In this document: one piece after another, positions 52,964-64,000 of the stretch | Position numbering within the stretch: position 1 is the first letter of the stretch | Layout of the letters: each line of letters opens with the position of its first letter | Assembly: GCA_023213395.1 (NCBI GenBank) | Contig: CM041465.1 | Coordinates: 244,783,741 to 244,847,740 of the forward strand | Direction of reading: 5' to 3' | DNA from: Cycas panzhihuaensis | Lineage: Eukaryota; Plantae; Cycadophyta | DNA: 64,000 bases | Program-made: the position numbers and the translations under genes | Notes under the pieces: generated by a model | Seen by the model: the letters and a program-made list of their open reading frames with translations, nothing else | Databases searched by the model: none | Told to the model about the DNA's origin: nothing

Positions 52964-53353
52964 CAGAAAAATAACAAATACATATTATAATTAAATGAAT
53001 TAAAATATAGTTTAATGATATCCAAATGAGCTACAATTTTGAAGAAGAAGACGAGATATATGTTCCTATATGTGTACCAAATTTGAGCTAAATTGGAGTC
53101 AGTTAAGGTTAGTTACAAGATGAAATGTTTAAGAATTACATGAAGGCCACTTGGACAACAGAAAAACAACAAATACATATTATCATTAAATGAATAAAAA
53201 TGTATTCAAATGACATCCAAATGAGCTAAAATTTTGAGGAAGAAGAGGGGACATGTGTTCCTATATGTGTACAAAATTTGAGTTGAATTAAAGTTAGTTA
53301 AGGTTAGTTACAAGCTACAACATTTAATAATTACATGAAGGCCACTTGGACAA
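52964..53353 (+). repeat. Two tandem 195-bp units inside the 5' LTR (also at about 58654-59043 in the 3' LTR)
   Basis: cagaaaaa(t/c)aacaaata...gaaggccacttggacaa repeats at 52964 and 53159. Confidence 0.92.
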
Positions 53354-53940
53354 CATGCATTCTGGTGGTTAGTGGTTATACTTGCATGATTGCCACTTAT
53401 TAAGTAGGAAATTTAGGTTTCTTTCTATAAATTAAGCCCTATTATGGGTTGGAGAGGTAGTTCTTGGAGGTGAAAGGCATTTAACTTGGGAAGCATCCTT
53501 GGAGAAGCATTTTGGAAGGTTGGAGTCCCCTTTATGGTATAATTGTATCATTTATTCCTTATAATTTAACTATTCTTTTGCTAGTTGATTTCTCTACCAT
53601 CAAATGGATATTTTCATAGTTTAATAAAAGTACTACTCCTCATACTTTTGGATCAATGTCAAGAATAAATGATTTGGTGTAGAATTTCCTTTTGTGGGCT
53701 CATTGTTATTTTTGATGTTATTAAGATTTCTACACTAACTCCCAGGATCTCAAGGAGAAAAGGTTGATAATTGACTTCTTCATCAATTAAGCTCTATTTT
53801 GGGATCATATTTTGGTATTAGAGCATGTGATCTTTGTTGTAGGGACTTGAATGGTATAAACAAGGAAAGGATACAAAGAGAAAGGTGAAGCTTTTCTTGT
53901 GTTGCAATCACCAAGAAGACAAAGAAAGAATCCAAGCACC

Positions 53941-56900
53941 ATGGCTGAAAAAGAAGATGGAGAAATTAGATTTGAAAAGCTTGAGAAGAACATAGAAGTA
54001 TTGATGTAAATGATGACCCAACTTCTACCTCTAGTCAAGGAAAAGGCAAAGAGAAGGAAGTTGAAGGAGGATCCACATATGACCACAACCATGAAGAGGA
54101 AGATGAGGAGACCTTAAAGCACTCATTTGAAGAAAGCAAGGGTACTTCATCTCATCAACCCTTCAAGGTGGAGGAAAAGCAGGATATTCCAACTTATGAT
54201 GGAGAGGTAAATACTAAAAAGTTGGACCATTGGTTGGATCAACTTGAAACCTACTTCACAATTTATGCTTATAGTAATGCTCAAAAGCTTTCATTTGGTA
54301 GGTTCAAGTTGTGTAAATATGCATTGACATGGTGAAATGCATATTTGAAGACTCATGATGTATCTTCTTTTTCATGGATGGATTTTAAGAAAAAAATAAA
54401 GAAGTAATTATACCCCATAGGTCATGAGGAAGACCAATGGGTCACTTGGCAATATTTACACCAAGGGAGAGGTGCATGTGTCCAAGACTATACTTCTTTA
54501 TTTTTTAGGCATGGCATGCTACTTGGTATTAATATGGATGAACATATCACTCTTATGAAATTCATTGGAGGATTACATAAATACATAAGGAAGGAACTAA
54601 GGATTTTTAAGGTTCAATCCATTGGAGAAGCAAGTAGAATGGCTATGGCAATAGAAAGTAAAAGGAAGAAATCTACATTCATATCTAAAGATTCTACTTT
54701 TACTTCTAATAAGTATGAAAAGAATCCTAAATTGCACTCATCTAAAAGGCAAGAAGGAAAGAAGAAAAGAACTAATTTTGTTAAAAGTTCTAACCATTGT
54801 GAGCATTGTGATATTAGTGGTCATATTGCAGCAAAGTGTTGGAAGTTGCATCCAGAGCTAAAGCCAAAGCATATCAAGGATATGGAATTAAGAAAGAAGG
54901 AGAAAGGGAAAGCACTACTTTCTGAGGTGGAGATTCAAAGTGAAGAAGAAGAAGAGAAGGTTACTCTACTTACAAATTATGGAGATGATGCTACAAGGGA
55001 GGAACTATTTCACTTGAAGCTTCAAGTAGGAAATAGTATTATTGGTGCCATTATAGATCCGGGGAGCCAAAAGAATTTGATCTCAGAAAATTTGGTAAAG
55101 AGTATTGGGTTGGTAACTACTCCTCACCCTCACCTATATCCTCTTGGTTGGATCCATAAAGATGTGGAAATGCAAATATCAATGTAATGTACACTTAAAA
55201 TTCCCATCACTTATGATTTTGTTGATGAAGTAATATGTGATGTGGTGCCATTAGATGTATGCCATGTTGTGCTTGGAAGTCCCTACTTATGGGATCGAGA
55301 TGCACTCTTCTATCGAAGGGAGAGAAAGTATCGGTTGATGAAGGATAACAAAGGCTTCATCATAAAGGCCACAAAGAAGCACTTGGATAAGATAGCATTA
55401 ATTTCAGCCACTCAAGCAAAAAGGATGATCAATGCATATGGTAAATTCATCATCTTAATGGTAAGGAGAAAAAAAGAGCCAGGAGATGAAGAAGGTCCTT
55501 CTACTCACACTCTTCTTATATCACCTAAACAAATGCAACAAATTGAGGAGTTAAAGACAAGGTATGATATTCTATTTCAACATGTTGATGGGCTACCACC
55601 AAAGAGAGAGATAGAGCATGAAATCACTCTTGTAGGAGATGCACCATTGCTTAATGTTGCTTTATATAGGCACTCCATTGTAGAGAATAATGAGATAAAG
55701 AGGCAAGTTGAGGAGTTGCTTGATCAAGGGGTCATAAGACCTTCATGTTCACCTTGTGGGTCACCAATTGTCTTGGTGCCTAAGAAGGATAGAGGATGGA
55801 TAATGTGTATAGACTTTTGTGCTTTGAATAAAATTACAATTAAAAATTGCTACCCTTTACCTCGCATAAATGATTTGCTTGATCAAATTCAGCATGCTTG
55901 TTATTTTACTAAGTTGGATTTGAAAAGTGGTTATCACCAAGTTAGGGTCAAGGAGGAGGACACATGGAAGACGGCCTTCAAAATAAAGCAAGGACTCTTT
56001 GAATGGATGGTTATGCCTTTCGGATTATGTAATGCTCCTGCAACATTCATGAGGCTAATGAATGAAATGTTAAGGCCTTACTTGGATAATTTTGTTGTTG
56101 TCTATCTTCATGACATTTTAATTTTCAACAACACATGGGAGGAACATTTGCAGCACATAGAAGAAGTTTTAAAGACTATGGCTAAGCATCATTCAAAGAT
56201 TAATGTGAAGAAGTGTGAATTTGGCAAGGAGAACTTGATCTTCTTAGGCTTTGTGGTTGGAGGAGGAAAGTTGAGCATCGATCCACTCAAGACTCAAGCC
56301 ATCCTCAAATGGCCTAGGCCAACAAACATCACAGAGGTGAGAAATTTTTTAGGAGCTTGTCAATACTTGAGGAAGTTTATTCTTCATTTCTCATAGGTTG
56401 CAACACCTCTACATGGATTGACAAAATCAAGTAAAAAGTTTACTTGGGGTTCCAAGGAGGAAGAAGCTTTTCTTCTTTTAAGGAAGAAAATTTGTGAAGC
56501 ACTGGTTTTGGCAATGCCAAATTTTCAAAGGCCTTTTGAAGTAGAAGCCGATGCAAGTGGAAATGCGATGGGAGCTGTCCTTATTCAAGATGGGAAGCCT
56601 ATTGCTTACCATTCAGAAGTCTTCACCCCTCAAGTGAAAAAGTACCCAACATATAATCGAGAAATATTCACACTTCATCAAGCATGCAAGCATTGGAGGT
56701 CCTACTTACTTGGAAAAGAGGTTGTAGTTCATACCGATCATAAGCCTCTTCAATTTTTACAAACCCAAAGTAAATTATAGTAAGCAAGACACATGAAGTG
56801 GATGAGTTATTTACAATAATTCAATATTGTAATTAAGTATAAAAAGGGATCTACTAACAAAATTGCTGATATATTATCTAGACCACCTTGTTCCACTTCT

Positions 56901-58390
56901 TCTTCTACTTTTGTTTATAGTTCTCTTATAAGTTTGTAGGTGGAGCCAATGCATCATGAAGAGTAAAAAGGCTTGTACCATGAAGATGAAGCTTTGAAGG
57001 AAGAATTAGAGAACCTAGCGAAAGGAAGACCTTCCCATCTTGCTTAGAAGGATGGTCTACTTTTCAAAGGGGAGCAGCTTTATGTTCTATCAAAAGGAGA
57101 CAAGATCAAGTGGCTTAGAGAAGCCCATACTTCTAAAGTAGCTGGTCACTTTGGTATAGAGAAGATTTTAGCAAACTTGAGAAGATATGTTGTATGGCCA
57201 AAAATGTAAAATGATGTAAAAAAATATGTAAAAAGATGTGTAATGTGTACTACTTCTAAGCCTTCTTCTAGAAAATTAGGATTGTATACACCACTTCCTA
57301 TTCCCACTAGACCTTGGGAAAGTATCTCCATTGATTTCTTAGGGGGACTTCCCATGACTAGGAAGGGACATGATTATCTCTTTGTTGTTGTAGATAGGTT
57401 TAGTAAAATGATATGTCTAATACCTTGTAAGAAGACAATCACGAGAGCAGGGCGGTGAGTTATTCTTTAAGCATGTATGGAAGAATTTTGGCTTGCCTTC
57501 TTCCATCATTTCAGATAAGGATATTCCTTTCATCATTTTGGAAGTCACTATGGGAGATGATGGATACCAAATTTAAGAGGAGTACAAGTTTCCATCTTCA
57601 AACAGATGGACAAACCGAAGTAGTGAACATAACTTTGGTACATTTATTGAGGGGATATAATTCCAAGCATCCAAAGACTTGGGATGAATCATTGGATTTT
57701 CTGCAATTTGTATTTAATAGAGCAATGCATGCATCACACTCTAAAGCACCTTTTGAAGTTTATTTGGGATACTTGCCTCAAAGTCCATTTGACTTAGAGT
57801 TTTCCATGCAAGTTAAGGAAGGATCCGTCAAAGAGAAGGAAGAGCATGACAAGGCTTTAAGATACTTGGAGAAGATCCAGAGAGTCCGCAAAGAAGTACA
57901 TGATTAACTTCTAAGGACTCAACAAAAGTACAAGGAAAGACATGACAAGCATAGGCAAGAGTATACTTTTCAAGAAGGAGATTTAGTATGGTTATACTTG
58001 AGCAAGGAGAGGTTAAAAGGAGAAGGCAAGAAACTCAAACCTATAAGGTATGGACCATTCAAGATTTTGAGAAAAGCAGGTGGCAATGCTTTCCAACTTG
58101 ATCTTCCACCTTATATGCAAATATATTTAGTAGTAAATGCTGAATATTTAAAACTATTTGAGCCCTTTATGCTAGATGAGGAACATGACTAGTTCACTTT
58201 ACCTGTAGTTGATGACTTGTATTTGGAAAGTGAGGAGCCTCTCAAGGAAGATTGTATCTTGGAGAGAAAATCTACCAAAATAAGATATATGACACATGAA
58301 TCTTTTAGGATTGAAGTAGCAAGATAATTGCCTAGTAAGGCCAAGTGGTTTAGTAGGCAACAAGGAGAACAACACTTCCCCCATCTCTAA
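53941..58390 (+). pseudogene. gag-pol polyprotein broken by stops and frameshifts
   Basis: Zinc knuckle CEHCDISGHIAAKC, protease IIDPGSQKNLIS...HPHLYPLGW, RT FTKLDLKSGYHQV and VVYLHDIL, RNase H EADASG, integrase WESISIDF...VVVDRFSKM and HLQTDGQTE. Confidence 0.95.
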
Positions 58391-61215
58391 TTATAAGCTA
58401 AATAGGAGTTGGCTATTTTCCAAGGAAGGGGAGCCATGATCCAGGAGGATCTACCATATGTTTATAGGATGCAGAAAATGCTAGGCATTGGCATAACTAA
58501 AAGAGATATGGCCAAATGGTATCAAAATTATATGAAATTTTGTGTAAAGAAATAAGACACATACCACTACATGTGTACAAAAAGCGGGGTTCATAAAATA
58601 TCATTTGATTAGAGTTCAAGCCTTGTTTTTCATAAAATTAATCCCACAGCTAGCAGAAAAATAACAAATACATATTATCATTAAATGAATAAAAATATAG
58701 CCAAATGACATCCAAATGAGCTAAACTTTTGAGGAAGTATAGGGGACATGGGTTCCTATACGTGTTCCAAATATGAGGGAAATTGGAGTCCTTTAAGGTT
58801 AGTTACAAGCCATAACTTTTAAGAATTACATGAAGGCCACTTGGACAACAGAAAAATAACAAATATATATTATCATTAAATGAATAAAAATGTAGTCAAA
58901 TGACATCCAAATGAGCTAAAATTTTGAGGAAGCATAGGGCACATATGTTCCTATAAGTGTACTAAATTTTAGATAAATTGAAGTCTGTTAAGGTCAGTTA
59001 AAAGCTACAACTTTTAAGAATTGCATGAAGGCCACTTGGACAACATGCATTCTGGTGGTTAGTGGTTATACTTGCATGATTGCCACTTGTTAAACAGGAA
59101 ATTTCGGTTTCTTTCTATAAATTGAGCCCTATTATAGGTTGGAGAGTTAGTTCTTGGAGGTGAAAGGCACTTGACTTGGGAAGCATCCTTGGAGAAGCAT
59201 TTTAGAAGGTTGGAGTCCCCCTTATGGTATAATTGTATCATTTATTCCTTGTAATTTAACCATTCTTTTGCTAGTTGATTTCTCCACCACTAAATGGAGA
59301 TTTTCATAGTTTAATAAAAGTACTACTCCTCATATTTTTGGAGAAATGTCAAGAATAAATGATTTGGTATAGAATTTCCTTTTGTGGGCTTATTGTTGTT
59401 TTTGATGTTATTGAGATTTCTACACTAACTCCTAGGATCTCAAGGAGAAAAGGTTAATAATTAACTTCTTCATCAATTAAGCTCTATTTTGGGATCAGTT
59501 ATCCTTATGATTGGGCTAATGACCCTTGCATTTTAGTTTGACCTTATTTTAAGGCCCCTTCTTCTTATTATGACCCCACCCAAGTTTTTGGGGATCCTAC
59601 ATGTTACCATACCAAATCAGTTGAAGGTTGCCAAGATCCTCAATTGCTCCCAATATATGTCATATGGAGTTGTCATCTTAGGGACCCTACTTCATGCCCT
59701 AAAGAGGTTCCCCCAACCTATCCATCCCATTTTGGTCAATAAGGAGAAGCATTTACCTTTTACAACCATTCGTATGTTTCTTATGGGGAAGTAGTTGAAG
59801 CCCTACAAGAATGCTTCAAAGTTGCAACTGTGTAACCATTTCCTAAGTGGTTGCATAGGTTTATTCAGACTTCAACTCCATTTTCTTCCATAATCCCCCC
59901 TTTTTCATCTCATCCTTCTACTTCCTCTACCCTCTAGGAAGTAGTTTTAATAGGGCATATGTCCACATACCCCTCTCCTAGACAACTTGCCACTTTGGGT
60001 ATACAAACTCCTTAAGCGTTGGTAAGTATGCCTTCACTTTCGAATAACATGCCCTAACATATTACTATACCTACCCTTTCTTATCCCTCAATTGTGCCCT
60101 TTCCCTTACACTGTGTGGGATATGGGGGTAAGGCCTCCATCCATCTATGACCATATCCTATGGACCCTTCACTTTACATTCCTCTAGGGTATATGTATCA
60201 AGCCTGGGGATATGGGGGACCGGATCCTTTTCCTACATATGGTGTTGATCCCCTTCAGCCTTATGGGATTGCCCTACCTCTTGGGGGACCATATAGGTAA
60301 AACCCCATTCCCCATCCTACATTTCATCAATCTTGCTCTATGCCTCATATAAGTTTATCTTCATATGCCTACTCATTCACTCCCGTGGGAGCATGTCCTT
60401 AACCTTTACATCCTTATGCAGCTCATCTCCGAGGTGCAATGAGACCCTATTGCCCACCTCCTTATCTATCAACATCCCATTTAGAGGTCATATACTCTTG
60501 TTTATTAGGAGGGGTAGCCTACCCTCCTACCTCCTATGCCCCTTGTTAATAAGGGTATCATCCTTGCAATGCCACCTCTTACTTGCCATATGTTGGGGGT
60601 GGGCATCCTTATACTACAATCCCTTATTCTCAGGTTGACACACTGATCTAACTGGGGACTTGTCCCTTCATCGATTATTTGTCAACTCCATTTCCCATCA
60701 AGATATTAAGAACTAACTTACCACCTCATCCTCCTAAGGTGCCTAAGTTTGATGGCATCCCCTCCTATAACCCAATTGAGCATGTTGGGGCATTTGCCAC
60801 AGCATGCATAGACTATTGGGCCTATGACCATATTTTAATGAAATATTTCCCTAGATCCCTCTAGGGAGATGCCCTTAAATAGTTTTATCATCTCTCTTGC
60901 CACTCTATCTTAACCTTTTAGTAATTGATTAATTAATTCATCAACCATTTCAATATTACTTAGCCGTTTGAAAGTGGGATCAAAGCCCTACTCTCACTTA
61001 AATAAGGCCCTAAGGAACCAAACTGTGACTTCGTATGGTTGTTTCATGACCTCCTTCACTCTTCTAAGGCCATGTTGCCTAAAGAGTTGAAGCAAGATCT
61101 CTTTGTTAATATGTTGCACTCTGAGGTGTATGCTAAGGTCCTTAAAATGGAAGTGACCTCTTATGATTCCACCATAGCCAAGTGCTTATAGTTAGAAGTT
61201 ATTGAGATCCAAGTC

Positions 61216-64000
61216 TGTAATATTACCTCACCTCTATAAGTAGAAAGAAGTATTAGCATATGGAATCTGTCAAAGGGTTATGTGATCTTGTGAATATTCT
61301 AAAGTACTTGCTTATTTAGTAAGTGCCTAAATAGCTGCAATCGCTTATTTAGCAAGTACTAAAATAGTGGTGCTTTTGTATTGCACGTATATTTAGTAAG
61401 TAGTTGTGCTCACTTATTTAGTAAGTGTATTACACATATATTTAACAAGTAGTTGCACTTTTGTATTACACATGCATTTAGCAAGTAGTTATGCTCACTT
61501 ATTTAGTAAGTGCTTAGATTAAAAGTAAGCTTTAGTAGTTGAAGTACTATATTTACCCTCTTGAGTTTTCATTCAAATCCATTCTTGGATCATATTACTT
61601 AAGAGAAAATAACTTCAGTTCTCTTTGGTAATCAATTGTCTCTTTTGGATCTCTTTGGTGCTTAACATTTCTCTTATTTCTCTCTTTGGAGTTGTTTATT
61701 GTAGAAGATACATTACAAGTGATATCAGAGCCACCTTTTAGGGCCAATTTGGTGCAATTTTTTTTCTCCCTTTCACACTTACCTATTGTATGCTCTCACC
61801 TCACCCACTTGGATCTTGGTGATCAGAAAGTAGTGAAAGTGTTGGGTTACCTTATTTTTCAGGTGGAGATTTTTAACAAAGTTCAACACTCGATAGGTCT
61901 AATTCTATAATAAATTCTTCTTATTCTTTTCTGACCAAAACACTGTATTGCAGATCTGGATAAGGAAAAATCTATGTCTGCTTAACTGTGGAATATACTT
62001 GGGCATAAGCCCTAAAACTCATTGTGAGAAGTACCACAAAAACCCCAAAGCAGTTGGCCAGAGTGTTTGCTAGTGAATCAGGCAATGGCCCCATCCCAAA
62101 TTAGATTTTCCTTCCTTGAGTATATATAAAGAGCTATTGTTTTGAGGTAAATATGTGGCTGGGGTTTTAGTAGTTATTTTCTTCAAGAAGTAATTGTTGC
62201 AATTCTAGAGAGTGGTACTCACTTAGACAACATTTGTGGCTAGTGAGATTGACTGTAATTCCCTAGGAAGCCTTCTATCGGGGCTTGCTACCTATTCTAG
62301 TCAATGTTGCATCGGTGCTCTAAACGCTCATAGTAAGCAAACTAGTATTAGCACATAACAAAATAGATAAAAGAAAAAAGAGCTTTTATTTGTTCCTAAA
62401 AAAAAAAATAGAGCAAAATTTTTGGGGACAACTGTCTATAGACACCCCATTCCCTCTCCTTTCCCTCTCATCTTTTCATCCCAATTTCTTAGAACTCCCA
62501 TTCTATCTTACTCATCCCTCTTTGTGGATTTCTTTCTTCTAACTAGTCCCCTCTTCTTTAAATACCTTCTACAATCATCATGGCTCCAACTCAAGGTGAT
62601 TGAATCTCACTTTTGAAAAATCAATTTATCACATTACAACAAGAAGTTAAGATAGAAGTGTAAGAGGTAAAAGCTGATATGTTAAATTTAGCATCAAAAT
62701 CTAACATGACTTCTAGTATATCCCAGATGGCATAGATAATAACACAAATCACTTTAAATCAAAATTAGATGGTACAAATTGCAGCACAACTTTCCTCTCA
62801 TCAAGTAGGTCCTATACCACCACCACCGCCACTGCCGCCCCTGCGCCAATAATAATCATTTCACCATTAAATTAATATTCCAACTTTTGATCCTGATTTG
62901 AACAAGGAAAGCACTTGCAATTAGATAAGTAAATTAGAATCCTACTTCGCCCTCAATCCAATGACTAAATATGATCAACTATTGTATGCCTCTATTCATT
63001 TAGATGGGAAATCACATCATCGGTTTAATTAGTGGAAAGAAGAACACCCTTCAACCCAAACATGGTAACATTTCACAAACAAATTTTTTGAGCTGTATGA
63101 GGATACATGGAGTCAATCATTCTTTACTGAACTGACCAATCTTAAGTAATCATTATCTATAGAATCATTTATAGATGAATTCCAAGCATTATTTAATGAA
63201 TGTTCATAACGTCAAAATCTGGATAAGAAAACATTAATCGATACCTATATAGTAGGGCTCTAGGACCATATTCAAATACGTCTCAAGACATTATCCTTAC
63301 CTTCTCTCAAGGAAGCTATTAGAATAGTAAAGGCAGTATAGGTAGAGTTTGTATCTGAAAGATCCGTGTACACCCAAAGAGACATCCCATGGTCCTTTTG
63401 ATCTCGACAGATAGACTTCTAGTGGCCCCATCCTCTGTTTGATGATGCAACTTGCCCTCAGATGGACTTTCAATGTTCCTGACCTCGACTGAATGATTCA
63501 TCTCATCCTCCAATAGATTGACAGGTAGAGGGACCCCAACAAAAAAAGTCTAAATCTCACAAGATGAAGCATAATGACGAGTAGAAGCAGGCCTATGTAT
63601 ACAATGCTTAGAAAAATGGACTCCTGGGCATGGTCGCATTTGTTTAGTGAGGCATATAGTCTTTTCCATTGACCCTATAGATAACCCATCCGACTCATAT
63701 TCTGATGAAGAAGTTGATGAAGGAATCCAGGTAGACCCCAACCTTGACCCCCAACTAGAAGTCTCCCTATCAACCATAACTTCTATTGCCTGTCCTGAAT
63801 CCTTATAAGTTAGAGGTATTCTTTGGAAGACCCCAATGTTAATCTTGATTGATGGTGGTGCGTCTTTGAATTTTATCGATATCTCCTTAGCTATGTAGCT
63901 AAACCTATATATTATCCCCAAGACTGGTTTCACTTGCTCTCTACTAGGGTATCAGAAGCTCCATTGTGCAAGTGTTATAAAAAAGCTACATGTCCAAATT
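61216..64000 (+). mobile_element. Gypsy chromovirus (Reina-like) 5' part: LTR, PBS, gag and protease, running off the window
   Basis: LTR ends cattaca at 61717; PBS tgatatcagagc at 61720-31; plus-strand relics INIPTFD...SKLESYF, GLCIQCLEKWTPGH..C and ILIDGGASLNFID (about 63840-63880). The LTR start is 61216 or 61235. Confidence 0.8.

Larger units (their letters stand above)
52747..59497 (+). mobile_element. Full-length, relatively young CRM-like Gypsy LTR retrotransposon
   Basis: LTRs 52747-53807 and 58437-59497 (1061 bp each, TGATCC...GGATCA). Perfect TSD gttat. PBS tggtattagagc at 53813-24. PPT aaggaaggggag at 58422-33. Confidence 0.97.
44409..61215 (+). mobile_element. Probable large Tat/Ogre-like Gypsy region (LTR, very long leader, gag relic), interrupted by 52747-59497; may be composite
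   Basis: Possible LTR end and decayed PBS ggcattaca|tagcatccaagc at about 45572-92; Pro-rich pre-gag at about 59500-60680; gag relic PKFDG...PIEHVGAF...ILMKYFPRSL.GDALK.F (60679-60900). Continuity across the whole span is not demonstrable. Confidence 0.5.

Noticed and set aside
1-64000. tRNA/rRNA genes, telomere arrays, organellar insertions
   Set aside because: None recognised. tRNA-Met complementarity is limited to 12-nt PBS sites, and the TTTAGGG motifs are isolated.

Overview
AT-rich plant nuclear DNA. The repeat landscape and protein similarities suggest a large-genome seed plant, possibly a gymnosperm, but the taxon is inference only. There is one intact host gene near the start: a two-exon cytosolic/nuclear class-III-like small heat-shock protein (2125-2687, minus) with two perfect heat-shock elements upstream. 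Most of the remaining ~58 kb is a nested stack of decayed retroelements: a Tekay-like Gypsy (5691-23908) carrying a Copia in its LTR and a non-autonomous LTR element in its leader, an L1 RNase H fragment, a gag-only Copia-type element (24992-30790), an old CRM-like Gypsy interrupted by a near full-length L1 LINE, a truncated Gypsy pol, a large Tat/Ogre-like element interrupted by a younger CRM-like element (52747-59497), and a Reina-like Gypsy running off the right end. Five insertions have identifiable 5-bp TSDs (three perfect, two with one mismatch). The most unusual signal lies inside the gag-only element. It carries, antisense, a chimera of intronless host cDNA pieces (NUA/TPR, FtsH7/9 and an unidentified frame). 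The FtsH piece is in scrambled order: a post-AAA motif is joined in frame to the pre-AAA transmembrane segment, which is what a retrotransposed circular RNA would look like. All homology calls come from recognising motifs by eye and no database search was run.
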